From: Anaerovoracaceae bacterium
GTDB lineage: Bacteria > Bacillota > Clostridia > Peptostreptococcales > Anaerovoracaceae
Assembly: GCA_963642455.1 (NCBI GenBank)
Contig: CAVIGM010000003.1
Coordinates: 1,716-65,715, forward strand
Length of the DNA: 64,000 nucleotides
Direction of reading: 5' to 3'
Shown: positions 26,611 through 35,707 of the stretch, piece after piece
How positions within the stretch are numbered: position 1 is the first letter of the stretch
Layout of the letters: each line of letters starts with the position of its first letter
The notes under the pieces: model-generated
The model's input: the letters and a program-made list of their open reading frames with translations, nothing else
Database searches by the model: none
Told to the model about the DNA's origin: nothing
Program-made: the position numbers and the translations under genes

Positions 26611-27786
26611 ATGAAGAACACACGTCACAAATTCGCCTATTCAATCGGCGGCACTTTATCCAAGCCTTGGGTAGCCAAGTTCAACTTCCATACCACTCCC
26701 TACACTCACAAAGGGGACTGGCCCTATGTTGTTCTATCCAATCACAATACAGACTACGATCCACTTTTTCTGAGACAGACTTTTAGCGAGCCGATGTATT
26801 TCGTCGCAGCTGAGAACATTCTTCGTATGGGCCTTGCAAGCAAGCTCATCGTCCGCTACTTCGACCCGATTTTCCGAATTAAAGGCAAGCAGGAAATCCG
26901 AACGACCTCAGAGGTTCTGAGAAGGCTTCGCGCGGGCAACAACGTATGTATTTTCGCTGAGGGCAACCGCTCCTTCAACGGCGTAACCGGCTATATTTTT
27001 CCCGCAACTGCTAAGCTTGTCAAAAAATCTGGCGCAGGTCTCATCACGTACAGGCTCTCGGGCGGCTATCTTTCGTCGCCAAGATGGAGTAGGTCGCTGA
27101 GAAAAGGCGAAATGAAAGGTGAGATTGTGGGCGTCTACTCGCCTGAGGAGTTGGCTAAGCTTAGCTCCGATGAGCTTCATCAGATAATCGTAAGGGACCT
27201 TTATGAGGACGCCTATGAGAGTCAGGAGATTAAGCCTATCGCTTACAAGGGCGAGAAGCTTGCCGAAGGACTTGAATCGACGCTCTTCACCTGCCCTTGC
27301 TGCAAATCCATCGGGACGCTTCACACTCACGACGATATCATAGAATGTTCCTGCGGCTATCGGGCTAAATATGATGAATACGGATATATTGTTGAAGCCG
27401 ACGGAAGTCGCAAGACCATAAAGGCCCTCGACAGATGGCAGTACAATCTTTTGCGAGAGCAAGTTAAGGAGATGGCGGGAGGCACTGAAGCCTTGCTTTT
27501 CCAAGACGCCAATATTTCTCTAAGAAAAATCGGCCCAGACCACGAGCTTGTGTCCGAGGAGATGGGAACGCTCTACGGCTACTGCGACAGGCTCGTCTTC
27601 GCGAATGACAATGCAAGCTATAGCTTCGGTTTCGACATTCTATCGGGGCTTAGCATCTTCGGGAATAACAAAATGGTGCTTAATTATAAGGACGGCGAAC
27701 TTAAGCATTACGAGATGCATGGGCCTTTCTCGTACTCCGCCCTTAAATATCTATATCTTTACGAAATCTTCAATGCTGTTATATAA
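26611..27786 (+). CDS. PlsC-family (lysophospholipid) acyltransferase with a C-terminal Cys4-containing extension
   Basis: The HX4D motif is NHNTDYD and the FAEGNRS block is present. The C-terminal half contains CPCC...18 aa...CSC. The RBS is weak, so the start is uncertain. Confidence 0.6.
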   Translation: MKNTRHKFAYSIGGTLSKPWVAKFNFHTTPYTHKGDWPYVVLSNHNTDYDPLFLRQTFSEPMYFVAAENILRMGLASKLIVRYFDPIFRIKGKQEIRTTSEVLRRLRAGNNVCIFAEGNRSFNGVTGYIFPATAKLVKKSGAGLITYRLSGGYLSSPRWSRSLRKGEMKGEIVGVYSPEELAKLSSDELHQIIVRDLYEDAYESQEIKPIAYKGEKLAEGLESTLFTCPCCKSIGTLHTHDDIIECSCGYRAKYDEYGYIVEADGSRKTIKALDRWQYNLLREQVKEMAGGTEALLFQDANISLRKIGPDHELVSEEMGTLYGYCDRLVFANDNASYSFGFDILSGLSIFGNNKMVLNYKDGELKHYEMHGPFSYSALKYLYLYEIFNAVI

Positions 27787-27925
27787 TTTGAAGGTGAAAT
27801 CGGCGAGATTAGTCGTCGAATTAGATTGGCAATAAATCGGTGGCAGCAGTCGCCGAACGAAGCATAACACTAAGAAAACTAAAACTAAGACTAAGAAAGA
27901 AAGAAAAAAGAATTGGAGGCTATCG

Positions 27926-29302
27926 ATGGACTATTCAGCTCAAAACGTTGCACTTTGGAATCCGATCATTCAGATCGGCCTAATCGCTATTGTAATTCTT
28001 CTTGCAAATGCATTAAGACGCAAAGTCGCTTTCATTAGAAACAGTATGATACCGACCGCTGTATTGGCAGGCTTCATACTGCTTTTTCTTAAACTTCTCG
28101 GAATAGCACCCGTTGATGAAGACTTCAGTTCAAATATCACATATCACTGCATCGCCCTTGGCTTCATCGCTCTGAGCCTCAGAGTTCCGGAGGCTGGTGA
28201 TGTTAAAGGCGACACTCTTACAGGTCTTAAATCAGGAAGCATAATCGTAGGCTCCTATATGATACAGGCTCTTACAGGCCTTATCATCTCAGTGACCTTG
28301 GCGCTTACCGTAATGCCAGGTCTCTTCCATGCTTGCGGAATTCTCCTTCCAATGGGCTACGGACAAGGCCCAGGACAAGCCAATAACGTCGGTCTTACAT
28401 ACGAAGCACTCGGCTTTGAAGGCGGACAGTCCTTCGGACTTTCCATCGCTGCTGCCGGCTACCTTTGCGCTTGCACCGTCGGAGTTTTCTATATTGCATA
28501 TCTTCAGAAGAAAGGCAAGGTCAAGAAAGTCGACCACGACGAGCTTTCGGGTTCTGTTACAATCGATATTTTCCAAGCCGAGAACGAGCTTCCGATTGCA
28601 GAGTCAATTGATAGAGCGTCCATTCAGGTTGCACTTGTATTGATTGTATATGTAATCACTTACCTTATGACCGCTGGAATTACAGGCCTTCTGACAAGTA
28701 AGGCTCCAGGATTAGCTGGCACACTTAACCCACTTCTTTGGGGCTTCAACTTCATGATTGGCGCAGGCGTTGCTGTACTTTTCAAAATCGGATTAAGGAA
28801 GCTCAACGAGGCAAAGATCGTTAAGCATCAATATCAGAACAATTATCTTCTGAATAGAATTTCTGGTCTTGCATTCGATATCATGATTGTTTCCGCAATT
28901 TCGACAATCAATATTTCTAAGCTCAGTGGCCTTTGGGTACCATTCATTCTGATGGCAATTGCAGGCGCAATAGTGACACTCATTCACCTTCAGTTCACCT
29001 GCAAGAAGGCTTATGGAGATTACTACTACGAGGGCCTTGTGTCCATGTACGGAATGATGACAGGAACAATCAGTTCGGGCATAATTCTCCTTCGTGAAAT
29101 CGACCCTGAATTCAAGACGCCGGCAGCTAACAATTTGGTTGTAGGCTCAAGCTTTGCAATCGCACTTGGATTCCCGCTGCTGATTCTTGTCGGCATCGCG
29201 CCTAAGTCGATCATGTCCTGCCTTATCGTAATGGCAATTGTCCTCGTATATTATCTGGTGCTTCTTAAGATTACGTGCATCAAGGGAAAGTCCAAACGCT
29301 AA
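27926..29302 (+). CDS. Sodium/glutamate symporter-like (GltS/ESS family) membrane transporter
   Basis: The 458-aa polytopic protein has an overall GltS-like layout. The family assignment is from memory, not from an alignment. Confidence 0.5.
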   Translation: MDYSAQNVALWNPIIQIGLIAIVILLANALRRKVAFIRNSMIPTAVLAGFILLFLKLLGIAPVDEDFSSNITYHCIALGFIALSLRVPEAGDVKGDTLTGLKSGSIIVGSYMIQALTGLIISVTLALTVMPGLFHACGILLPMGYGQGPGQANNVGLTYEALGFEGGQSFGLSIAAAGYLCACTVGVFYIAYLQKKGKVKKVDHDELSGSVTIDIFQAENELPIAESIDRASIQVALVLIVYVITYLMTAGITGLLTSKAPGLAGTLNPLLWGFNFMIGAGVAVLFKIGLRKLNEAKIVKHQYQNNYLLNRISGLAFDIMIVSAISTINISKLSGLWVPFILMAIAGAIVTLIHLQFTCKKAYGDYYYEGLVSMYGMMTGTISSGIILLREIDPEFKTPAANNLVVGSSFAIALGFPLLILVGIAPKSIMSCLIVMAIVLVYYLVLLKITCIKGKSKR

Positions 29303-29368
29303 GTACGAACGTCAGCAAAGGCCCTTCAAGCAACAATCGTCGCGCCAAGTGGCGAAGATGAAAGATGG

Positions 29369-29420
29369 AAAAAAATGCTGTAACTATCGAACACCCGATA
29401 GTTACAGCATTCTTTGATTC
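29369..29420. terminator. Bidirectional intrinsic terminator between the convergent gltS-like and C_GCAxxG genes
   Basis: It has a perfect 13-bp stem (GCTGTAACTATCG/CGATAGTTACAGC, 29377-29408) and a 6-nt loop. A7 lies upstream and a T-rich run lies downstream. Confidence 0.8.
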
Positions 29421-29434
29421 TATTGCGGTTGAAC

Positions 29435-30220
29435 TTATTTCTTCTCGACGGTGGTTTCGGCCTTCCATCTCAGCTTGAAGGCCTTGAGGAATCCCATGGT
29501 TGGCGTTTCGAGGTGCACCTTCTGGTCTGCCTCGCTCTCCCATTCTTCGAATAGCTGAAGAATTAGGTCGTTGTCCTCTGGAATAATGTACTCGTATCTT
29601 ATGCAACCTGGCTCTGCTTGGACAATCTCAGAAATTCTATTGCTTGTGACTGAATCTGCGAAGCCGTCGCGCTGCTCCTTGGTTGCGAAGCTATAGGTCA
29701 CATTCAATTTCAAGGCTTTTGCGTTGGTGTCAGCAGAGCAAGCATTGCCGCCTAATAGATATTGCTCGGCGATCTGGGCTGCTGTTCTGCAAGCGGCTAC
29801 GCAAGGTCTGCTCGTATAATATTCTTCCGTTCTGACTGCAGGCTCTTCAAGGTCTTCGCCTTTCTTAAGGCCGAGAAGTTCCCTGCAAATTATCGTCTTA
29901 TGTACCTCTTCGAACTTGGCGCACATTTCCTGCTCAAGTGCATAGAGGGCTTTCTTCCCTTCGGAATCTGCGGGATCCGAATAGCCTTTGAAGGCTCCAA
30001 GGAGCATCGTCATTCCGCAGACTGCTCCGCATACCTCACGCAGCTTGCCGAGGCCTGCACCGAATGCACTTGCCATTTGGGCAGCCTCCGGAACAGTCAT
30101 TTCAAGTTCGTCTGCGAAGGCTGCATATACGGACTGGCTGCAGTTATACCCTTGTCTGAAAAGTTCCTCGGCTCTGTCAGCCTTTGTAATTGCTTTGTCT
30201 TTGATTTCCATTTGAACCAT
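29435..30220 (-). CDS. C_GCAxxG_C_C-family redox protein fused to an antibiotic-biosynthesis-monooxygenase (ABM)-like domain
   Basis: The N-terminal part has GYNCSQS...VCGAVCGMTMLLG...CRELL...C. The C-terminal roughly 95 aa is ferredoxin-like (LNVTYSF...GCIRYEY...LFEEWESEADQKVHLETP). An alternative start at ATG 30211 has better RBS spacing. Confidence 0.6.
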   Translation of the reverse strand: MVQMEIKDKAITKADRAEELFRQGYNCSQSVYAAFADELEMTVPEAAQMASAFGAGLGKLREVCGAVCGMTMLLGAFKGYSDPADSEGKKALYALEQEMCAKFEEVHKTIICRELLGLKKGEDLEEPAVRTEEYYTSRPCVAACRTAAQIAEQYLLGGNACSADTNAKALKLNVTYSFATKEQRDGFADSVTSNRISEIVQAEPGCIRYEYIIPEDNDLILQLFEEWESEADQKVHLETPTMGFLKAFKLRWKAETTVEKK

Positions 30221-30330
30221 CCTTTCCGCCTAATGTTGATCTTGATTCGTTCCCAATTCCTCGCAATTTGTCTTAAGATATCGCAAGACTTCGCAGGGAA
30301 TTGAGGCCATATCCTATTCCTATCCTATTC

Positions 30331-31770
30331 TTATTCTTCGCCATCCTCGTAGTCGACACAAGGTATTGTAATCGTGAAGCAGGTGCCCTCGCCGAGCTTG
30401 CTGTCAAGCGCAATACTCGACATATTATTCTGCAGAATCTGCTGAACTATCGCAAGGCCAAGTCCCGTTCCTTTATGCGGCCCCTTCGTTGTATAGAAAG
30501 GCTCAAAAATCTTATCCTTTATACTATCGTCAATTCCGCAGCCGTTGTCACTGACCTTAATCTCGATGTTGTCACCCCTATTCTCTGTCGAAATCCTCAC
30601 GATTCCACCGTCCGGCTCGAGCGCATGGAAGGCATTTGTAATAAGATTTATAAATATCTGAGAAAATTGAGTCTCATCGAAGCAAATCCGCATATCGGAG
30701 TTAAGCTCTGTAACAACCTGCACATTCTCGAACCGAACAGGCTCAAGCAAGTTAAGTATGCTCAAGATAAGTTCGTTTGGATTGATTATCCCTATCGCAC
30801 CTCTGTCCCCTTTTCCCGAGATAAGGCTGAGCCTTTTGACAAGGTTTCTTGCCTTATCAGCGGAATTATATATTTCGAGAAGTTCATCATAGTGCTCGTT
30901 GTCCTCAGGCGCTGTCTCGTTGAGAAGAAGCAGGCTATATCCTATTATCGGAGTCAGCATATTATTGAATTCGTGGGCAATTCCCGCAGTCAGAGTTCCA
31001 AGATACTCAAGTCTCTGGTGATGTTCAATCTCCGCCTGCTGGTCAAGAAGTTGCTTGGTATATTCAGTCTCTTTCTTGAGGCCCTCAAGTTGATTCTCAA
31101 GCAGTGACTGTTTCTTTGATCTCATATAAATCGCAACGACGAGTATGACAACGCTGGCAACCGTCGCAGCAACGCTGAGCAGGAGCATCAGCATTATTTT
31201 CTTAAGAGAATTGAAAATATACGAGCTATCGCCCGAAACCATTATGGAAATCTGGCCGTTCTGTGACTTGACAGACGGAATCACCACTCCCCTGTAATTG
31301 CTACTGCCCCCATTGGGATTCTTGCGAGAAAAAGCGTCGGTGTCGGTCTTGCCTTTTCTAATATGTTCAATCAGCGTCTTATATTGCGCGCTCTGCTTCT
31401 CGAGATCTTCCGGTGCTACCACCGAATAAATCGGGCTCGTATCATCATTTTGGAGCAGCACACCAGTATTCTCGTCATAGAAAACAATCAAATATTTATC
31501 GAAGAGCTTGCTGTCTACCGCATCATAGTAAAACTGCTGCCAAGCTTTCCTATCACCCGACGCGTAATAATCTTTATCGCCATTGTTAAGCATGGAACTG
31601 AGGCTGTAGTCGAGAGAATTCGCGACCTCCGTCACCTGCTTGTCGTATTCGCTAATCAGAAGATTTGATGTTGCATTGTACGAATCATAGGTTGCTCCAA
31701 CACTAAAGATCGAAACAAAGCATAGAATCATCAATATCACCTGCGCCAAATTTTTCTGACCTTGCTTCAT
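30331..31770 (-). CDS. Membrane sensor histidine kinase
   Basis: It has a signal/TM segment, an extracytoplasmic region of about 150 aa, a second TM, an H-box (AGIAHEFNNMLTPI) and an HATPase_c domain (DNGCGI, GTGLGLAIV). Confidence 0.8.
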   Translation of the reverse strand: MKQGQKNLAQVILMILCFVSIFSVGATYDSYNATSNLLISEYDKQVTEVANSLDYSLSSMLNNGDKDYYASGDRKAWQQFYYDAVDSKLFDKYLIVFYDENTGVLLQNDDTSPIYSVVAPEDLEKQSAQYKTLIEHIRKGKTDTDAFSRKNPNGGSSNYRGVVIPSVKSQNGQISIMVSGDSSYIFNSLKKIMLMLLLSVAATVASVVILVVAIYMRSKKQSLLENQLEGLKKETEYTKQLLDQQAEIEHHQRLEYLGTLTAGIAHEFNNMLTPIIGYSLLLLNETAPEDNEHYDELLEIYNSADKARNLVKRLSLISGKGDRGAIGIINPNELILSILNLLEPVRFENVQVVTELNSDMRICFDETQFSQIFINLITNAFHALEPDGGIVRISTENRGDNIEIKVSDNGCGIDDSIKDKIFEPFYTTKGPHKGTGLGLAIVQQILQNNMSSIALDSKLGEGTCFTITIPCVDYEDGEE

Positions 31771-31868
31771 TATTTGAACCTCATTGAAATATTGCTGTTC
31801 AAATTATATAATATTACATATTGTGTTTCAAAAATATTTAGAATATTTAGAGACTAATGGTAAAAATG

Positions 31869-31950
31869 ATATCGGAGGATTCGGAGGATATCGAAGATTC
31901 GAAAATATCGGAAGATTCGGAGGATTCCGAGGATTCCGAAGACTCAGAAG
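31869..31950. repeat. Degenerate tandem array of GGATTCSGAR-type units
   Basis: The sequence reads tcggaggattcggaggatatcgaagattcgaaaatatcggaagattcggaggattccgaggattccgaagac. It lies in the divergent HK/RR promoter region. Confidence 0.85.
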
Positions 31951-31989
31951 AACGCACAAAGAAGAATATACGAGACGGGAATTTATAAA

Positions 31990-32673
31990 ATGAACAAGAA
32001 AGTACTAATTGTTGATGACGACCAGGCAATACTGAATATGGTTTCGAAGGTAATCCGCAGTAATTCGATGGATTATGAGACAGCCACAAGCGGCGAAGAG
32101 GCTCTTTATCTAATCGACGAGCAGAAATACGACCTGATGCTTCTTGATATCAATATGAGCGGCATCGACGGATTCGAGGTAATTAAGAAGCTAAGAGAAG
32201 AGAACAATTCTCTTCCTATTATTGTTATCAGCGGCCGCAAGGACGATTACGACGCCCTTTATGGCATGGAAATCGGCGCCGACGATTATATTTTCAAGCC
32301 TTTCAATCCTGTAATTCTTGGTGCAAAAGTCAAGGCTCTGGTTCGCCGCAGCGAGCATGCCGATTCTCAGGACAACCCTGTACTTAAGGCCGGACCTTTC
32401 GAATACAACACAAGCACCCTGCGTTTTTACAAAAACGGCACCGAGATTAGCCTTTCGAGCAAGGAGAGCGCTCTGATTAAGCTCCTCCTTGATAATGTAG
32501 GCGAGCTTTTCACTAAAGATTCGCTCTATGATCTTGTCTGGGGCTCCCCTGTAGTAGACGAGAATACCATCACCGTATATATCAACAGACTTCGCCAGAA
32601 GATTGAAGACGATCCGTCTAAGCCTCAATATATTGTTACTGTAAGAGGGCTTGGATATAGATTTGTGATATAA
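31990..32673 (+). CDS. OmpR/PhoB-family response regulator
   Basis: It has a REC domain (VDDD...LLDINMSGIDG...K) and a winged-helix C-terminus (VTVRGLGYRF). It is divergent from the kinase at 30331-31770. Confidence 0.85.
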   Translation: MNKKVLIVDDDQAILNMVSKVIRSNSMDYETATSGEEALYLIDEQKYDLMLLDINMSGIDGFEVIKKLREENNSLPIIVISGRKDDYDALYGMEIGADDYIFKPFNPVILGAKVKALVRRSEHADSQDNPVLKAGPFEYNTSTLRFYKNGTEISLSSKESALIKLLLDNVGELFTKDSLYDLVWGSPVVDENTITVYINRLRQKIEDDPSKPQYIVTVRGLGYRFVI

Positions 32674-32676
32674 CAT

Positions 32677-32710
32677 AAAGACTCAAGACATAGGTCTTGA
32701 GTCTTTTTTT
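32677..32710. terminator. Bidirectional terminator between the response regulator and FGGY kinase genes
   Basis: It has a 13-bp stem (AAAGACTCAAGAC/GTCTTGAGTCTTT) and a 4-nt loop, followed by T7 on the plus strand. Confidence 0.8.
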
Positions 32711-32732
32711 CTTGAGTCTTGATTCTCGCCCC

Positions 32733-34316
32733 TTACAGCATCGCGAACAACTTCTTGTTGGCTGCGTATATCTTCCTAAACGTCTGATAATATTTCTCAT
32801 ATTCGGCATGGCGTCCCATATCTGGCATATAGACTTCGGTCGCAGGGATGAAATCCTTAACGCATGACAGATCTGGAATCAGGCCAAGTCCGACAGCAAC
32901 AACTGCAGCCGCACCAACAGAGCCTACATTCTGAGGCGATGCGACAGTCTCTACCTGCCTACCGATAATGTCCGCAAGCATCTGACAAGATACTGGCGAC
33001 AGGGCTCCGCCACCAACGAAGCGAATCACATCTGAAGTCTTGATTTTCCTATCCTGACATTCGAGCATCCATCTTAAGTGATAGAAAATTCCCTCGAGAA
33101 CCGCGTGTATAAGTTCTGTCTTGCCTGTTTCGATGCCGATTCCGAAGAACATTCCCTTAGCATTAGGATCCTCAAATGGGCATCTGTTGCCATGAAGCCA
33201 TGGTGTAAAAATCACGCCGCCCGAGCCCGGCTCCACATCCTTGACCGCGTCGGTCATGTACGAATACAGGCTTGAATATCTCGCTTCATAATCCGAAGGC
33301 ACGCCTTCTTTTCTTATATAAATTCCTATTTCGTCAAGCGCGAGGTGGTCCTTGACCCACTCGAGACACTTGCCAGCAGTCTCCATCTCTGCAAAATAAT
33401 TAAATTTACCGCTCTGGGCTCCAACGATTGCGGCAATCATTGCGCTTGTGTCAACCACCTGCTTGTCGGTTACGGTTCCGACCCAGCCCGAGGTACCGCT
33501 GTAAATATGCGTGTCTCCGACTTCAACGCTGCCGGCTCCGACGCCTATAAGAGACGAATCTCCGCCACCGCCAAATACTGCCGTTCCCTCGACAAGTCCA
33601 AGCTCCGATGCCGCTTTTGCAGTAAGGCCGCCGACGAGGTCCGTCGACTTGATGATTTCTGGTAGCAGGTCCATATTGATGTCGAACATCGAGCACATCT
33701 TCTTGCTCCAGCCCTCTTTGCCCTTTCGCGTATCGTAAATCAAGGTCGCAAAAGCAGAATCCTCCGTGGCCTTGAACTCGCCCGTGCATCTGCAAATCAG
33801 GTAGTCCTTCACATCGAACCATTTGTATGCGTTCGCAAAATTAGGCTCGTGAGCCTCGAGCCACTTATATTTCCAGACTGGGTCTTTGACGCTTGAAGTC
33901 ACCGCACCAGTAATCGCAAGGCTCGGAATGAGCTTGAAGATATTAGCCCCCGCAATCTGAGGACCGTATGCGATACCCTTGCTGATTTCTTCCTTCGCGC
34001 GCTGATCCATATAGCTCATCGGACGATGAATAGGCTCGCCGTCTTTATCAACGAGAACGACACCTTGCATCTGCGAACAGAACGAAATTCCTTCAACCTG
34101 CTCAGGCTTCACGCTAATCTTGGAGAAAAGTTCCCTTGTGCTGTCACACATCCCCTTCCACCAGTCGTCGCCATCCTGCTCAGCTCCGCCGTCATCAAGG
34201 ATGTAAAGCGGATAATTCGCTGTCGCCGATTCAATCAAATCAATTCTCTCGTTCACATCGAAGAGGCATGTCTTCACGCCCGTCGTTCCGATGTCATAAG
34301 CCAAAATATATGCCAT
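32733..34316 (-). CDS. FGGY-family carbohydrate kinase (xylulokinase-like)
   Basis: The N-terminal sequence is YDIGTTGVKTCLFD. A C-terminal FGGY domain (GGGALS) is present in a 527-aa protein. Confidence 0.8.
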   Translation of the reverse strand: MAYILAYDIGTTGVKTCLFDVNERIDLIESATANYPLYILDDGGAEQDGDDWWKGMCDSTRELFSKISVKPEQVEGISFCSQMQGVVLVDKDGEPIHRPMSYMDQRAKEEISKGIAYGPQIAGANIFKLIPSLAITGAVTSSVKDPVWKYKWLEAHEPNFANAYKWFDVKDYLICRCTGEFKATEDSAFATLIYDTRKGKEGWSKKMCSMFDINMDLLPEIIKSTDLVGGLTAKAASELGLVEGTAVFGGGGDSSLIGVGAGSVEVGDTHIYSGTSGWVGTVTDKQVVDTSAMIAAIVGAQSGKFNYFAEMETAGKCLEWVKDHLALDEIGIYIRKEGVPSDYEARYSSLYSYMTDAVKDVEPGSGGVIFTPWLHGNRCPFEDPNAKGMFFGIGIETGKTELIHAVLEGIFYHLRWMLECQDRKIKTSDVIRFVGGGALSPVSCQMLADIIGRQVETVASPQNVGSVGAAAVVAVGLGLIPDLSCVKDFIPATEVYMPDMGRHAEYEKYYQTFRKIYAANKKLFAML

Positions 34317-34481
34317 TTAATCTGCCACCTTTCCGGAAGTGTTTTTCTTGTTCTTTTGTTTCCTTATTTTTTACCGCGTGCTCGCAGCCTATTTGTCTGC
34401 AGATATTATAACACAGCGCCTGCCTTGATTCTACCGAGCATTAAAAGGTGACATTCTTAGTTGTATTTTTAATAGTTGAAA

Positions 34482-35615
34482 TTAAATTCCGTATTTATCT
34501 GAATGGAAGCCTTCAAATATAGGCTTTCCGTCGTATTCGAGTATTTCTTCCTCGCCGATGAGAGCTCTGTATGCTCCCGCAGCAAGTGCAGCTACCTCAA
34601 GCTCTCCCGGATATACATAGACAGGTGCAATCCAGTCTACATATTCCTTGACCTTGTCGATAACATAGTCACATCTTGCAACTCCGCCCGTCATCAGAAT
34701 GGCATCGAATTTGCCTTTCATAACTACCGAATACATTCCGATTGTCTTAGCGAACTGGTAAGCCATTCCGTCAACAACCCTCTTAGCGTACTCGTCGTTC
34801 TCTTCATTTATGCGGCGCATAATTTCCTGCATATCCGAGGTTCCGAGATGGTCAATGAGTCCGCCCTCTCGAATCAGCTTAGTCTCGAGGTCAATCATTG
34901 TTGGATGTTCGCTACTATATGCCATCTTGAGAACTGTTGAGTTAGGAAGTATTCCGGCACGAGTTGGAGTCATAGGGCCATCGCCAATCAAGCTGTCGCT
35001 TGTGTCAATCATTCTTCCGTTGTGGTGAACCGTAACCGATACACCGCCGCCAAAGTGCGCAACAAGAAGGTCAGCCTCTTTATATTTAAGGCCATGCTCC
35101 TTGCAGAATCTATAAGCGACTTCCTTCTGATTGAGGCAGTGGCAGTGGCTCTGTCTGTAAAGGCCCTTAAGGCCGGATATTCTTGCAATATCCATAAGCT
35201 CATCAGTATCAGGAGAATTTACTGTAAAAGCAGGAACTCCATATTCGTCGGCGAGCTTGCGGCAAATCTGCGGAGCAAGCATTGCGGGATGCGGCACGCC
35301 TGATGCTGCTGTAATGCAGTCCTTGAGCATGACCGTATTTATTTCATATACGCCGCCGAGACAACCTACCATACCGCCGCCACGACCTACAAAGGCGTCC
35401 ATTTTCGAAAGATCTACGTCGTGATCCTTGCAGGCCTTCTCGACCATTTCCCAGCGGTAATAGAGCTGATCCTGAATACACGAATATTTAGCCAGCTCGT
35501 CTTTCTCGTGATGAAGGTTCTCAATCCACACCTTCTCATCATTGTGGTAATAGCCAATCTTAGTTGACGTTGAACCTGGATTCAGAGCGATGATGTGATA
35601 AATTTTCTTTTCCAT
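34482..35615 (-). CDS. buk: Butyrate (short/branched-chain acyl) kinase
   Basis: It is an ASKHA kinase with INPGSTSTK, HFGGGVSV and TGGVA motifs in a 377-aa protein. Confidence 0.85.
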   Translation of the reverse strand: MEKKIYHIIALNPGSTSTKIGYYHNDEKVWIENLHHEKDELAKYSCIQDQLYYRWEMVEKACKDHDVDLSKMDAFVGRGGGMVGCLGGVYEINTVMLKDCITAASGVPHPAMLAPQICRKLADEYGVPAFTVNSPDTDELMDIARISGLKGLYRQSHCHCLNQKEVAYRFCKEHGLKYKEADLLVAHFGGGVSVTVHHNGRMIDTSDSLIGDGPMTPTRAGILPNSTVLKMAYSSEHPTMIDLETKLIREGGLIDHLGTSDMQEIMRRINEENDEYAKRVVDGMAYQFAKTIGMYSVVMKGKFDAILMTGGVARCDYVIDKVKEYVDWIAPVYVYPGELEVAALAAGAYRALIGEEEILEYDGKPIFEGFHSDKYGI

Positions 35616-35650
35616 ATCCTAATATTCCCCCGAAATAGAATGAGATAGTT

Positions 35651-35685
35651 ATTGGTCCCCCTGTCTTATGGGCAAGGGGACCAAT
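35651..35685 (-). other. Perfect 10-bp stem-loop between etfA and buk
   Basis: ATTGGTCCCC, a 15-nt loop, then GGGGACCAAT. No clean U-tract follows, so it could be a partial terminator, an mRNA processing site or a stabiliser. Confidence 0.5.
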
Positions 35686-35707
35686 ATTTCAATAATAAGG
35701 AAGTGTG

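Noticed and set aside
30301-31107. A 268-aa ORF on the plus strand opposite the histidine kinase gene. There are many similar 60-220-aa antisense or out-of-frame ORFs in the track, for example 1900-2424, 4166-4783, 8248-8778, 23064-23726, 35820-36458, 44639-45403 and 61475-62104.
   Set aside because: They lie entirely inside long ORFs on the other strand or frame that have clear family signatures. They have low-complexity, Ser/Leu/Cys-rich translations, no RBS and no recognisable motifs, so they are shadow ORFs.
31847-32089. An 80-aa minus-strand ORF with a (SSE)n-type motif (SSESSESSESSESSD).
   Set aside because: It is a translation artefact of the GGATTCSGAR tandem repeats in the HK/RR divergent promoter region, and it overlaps the start of the response regulator gene.
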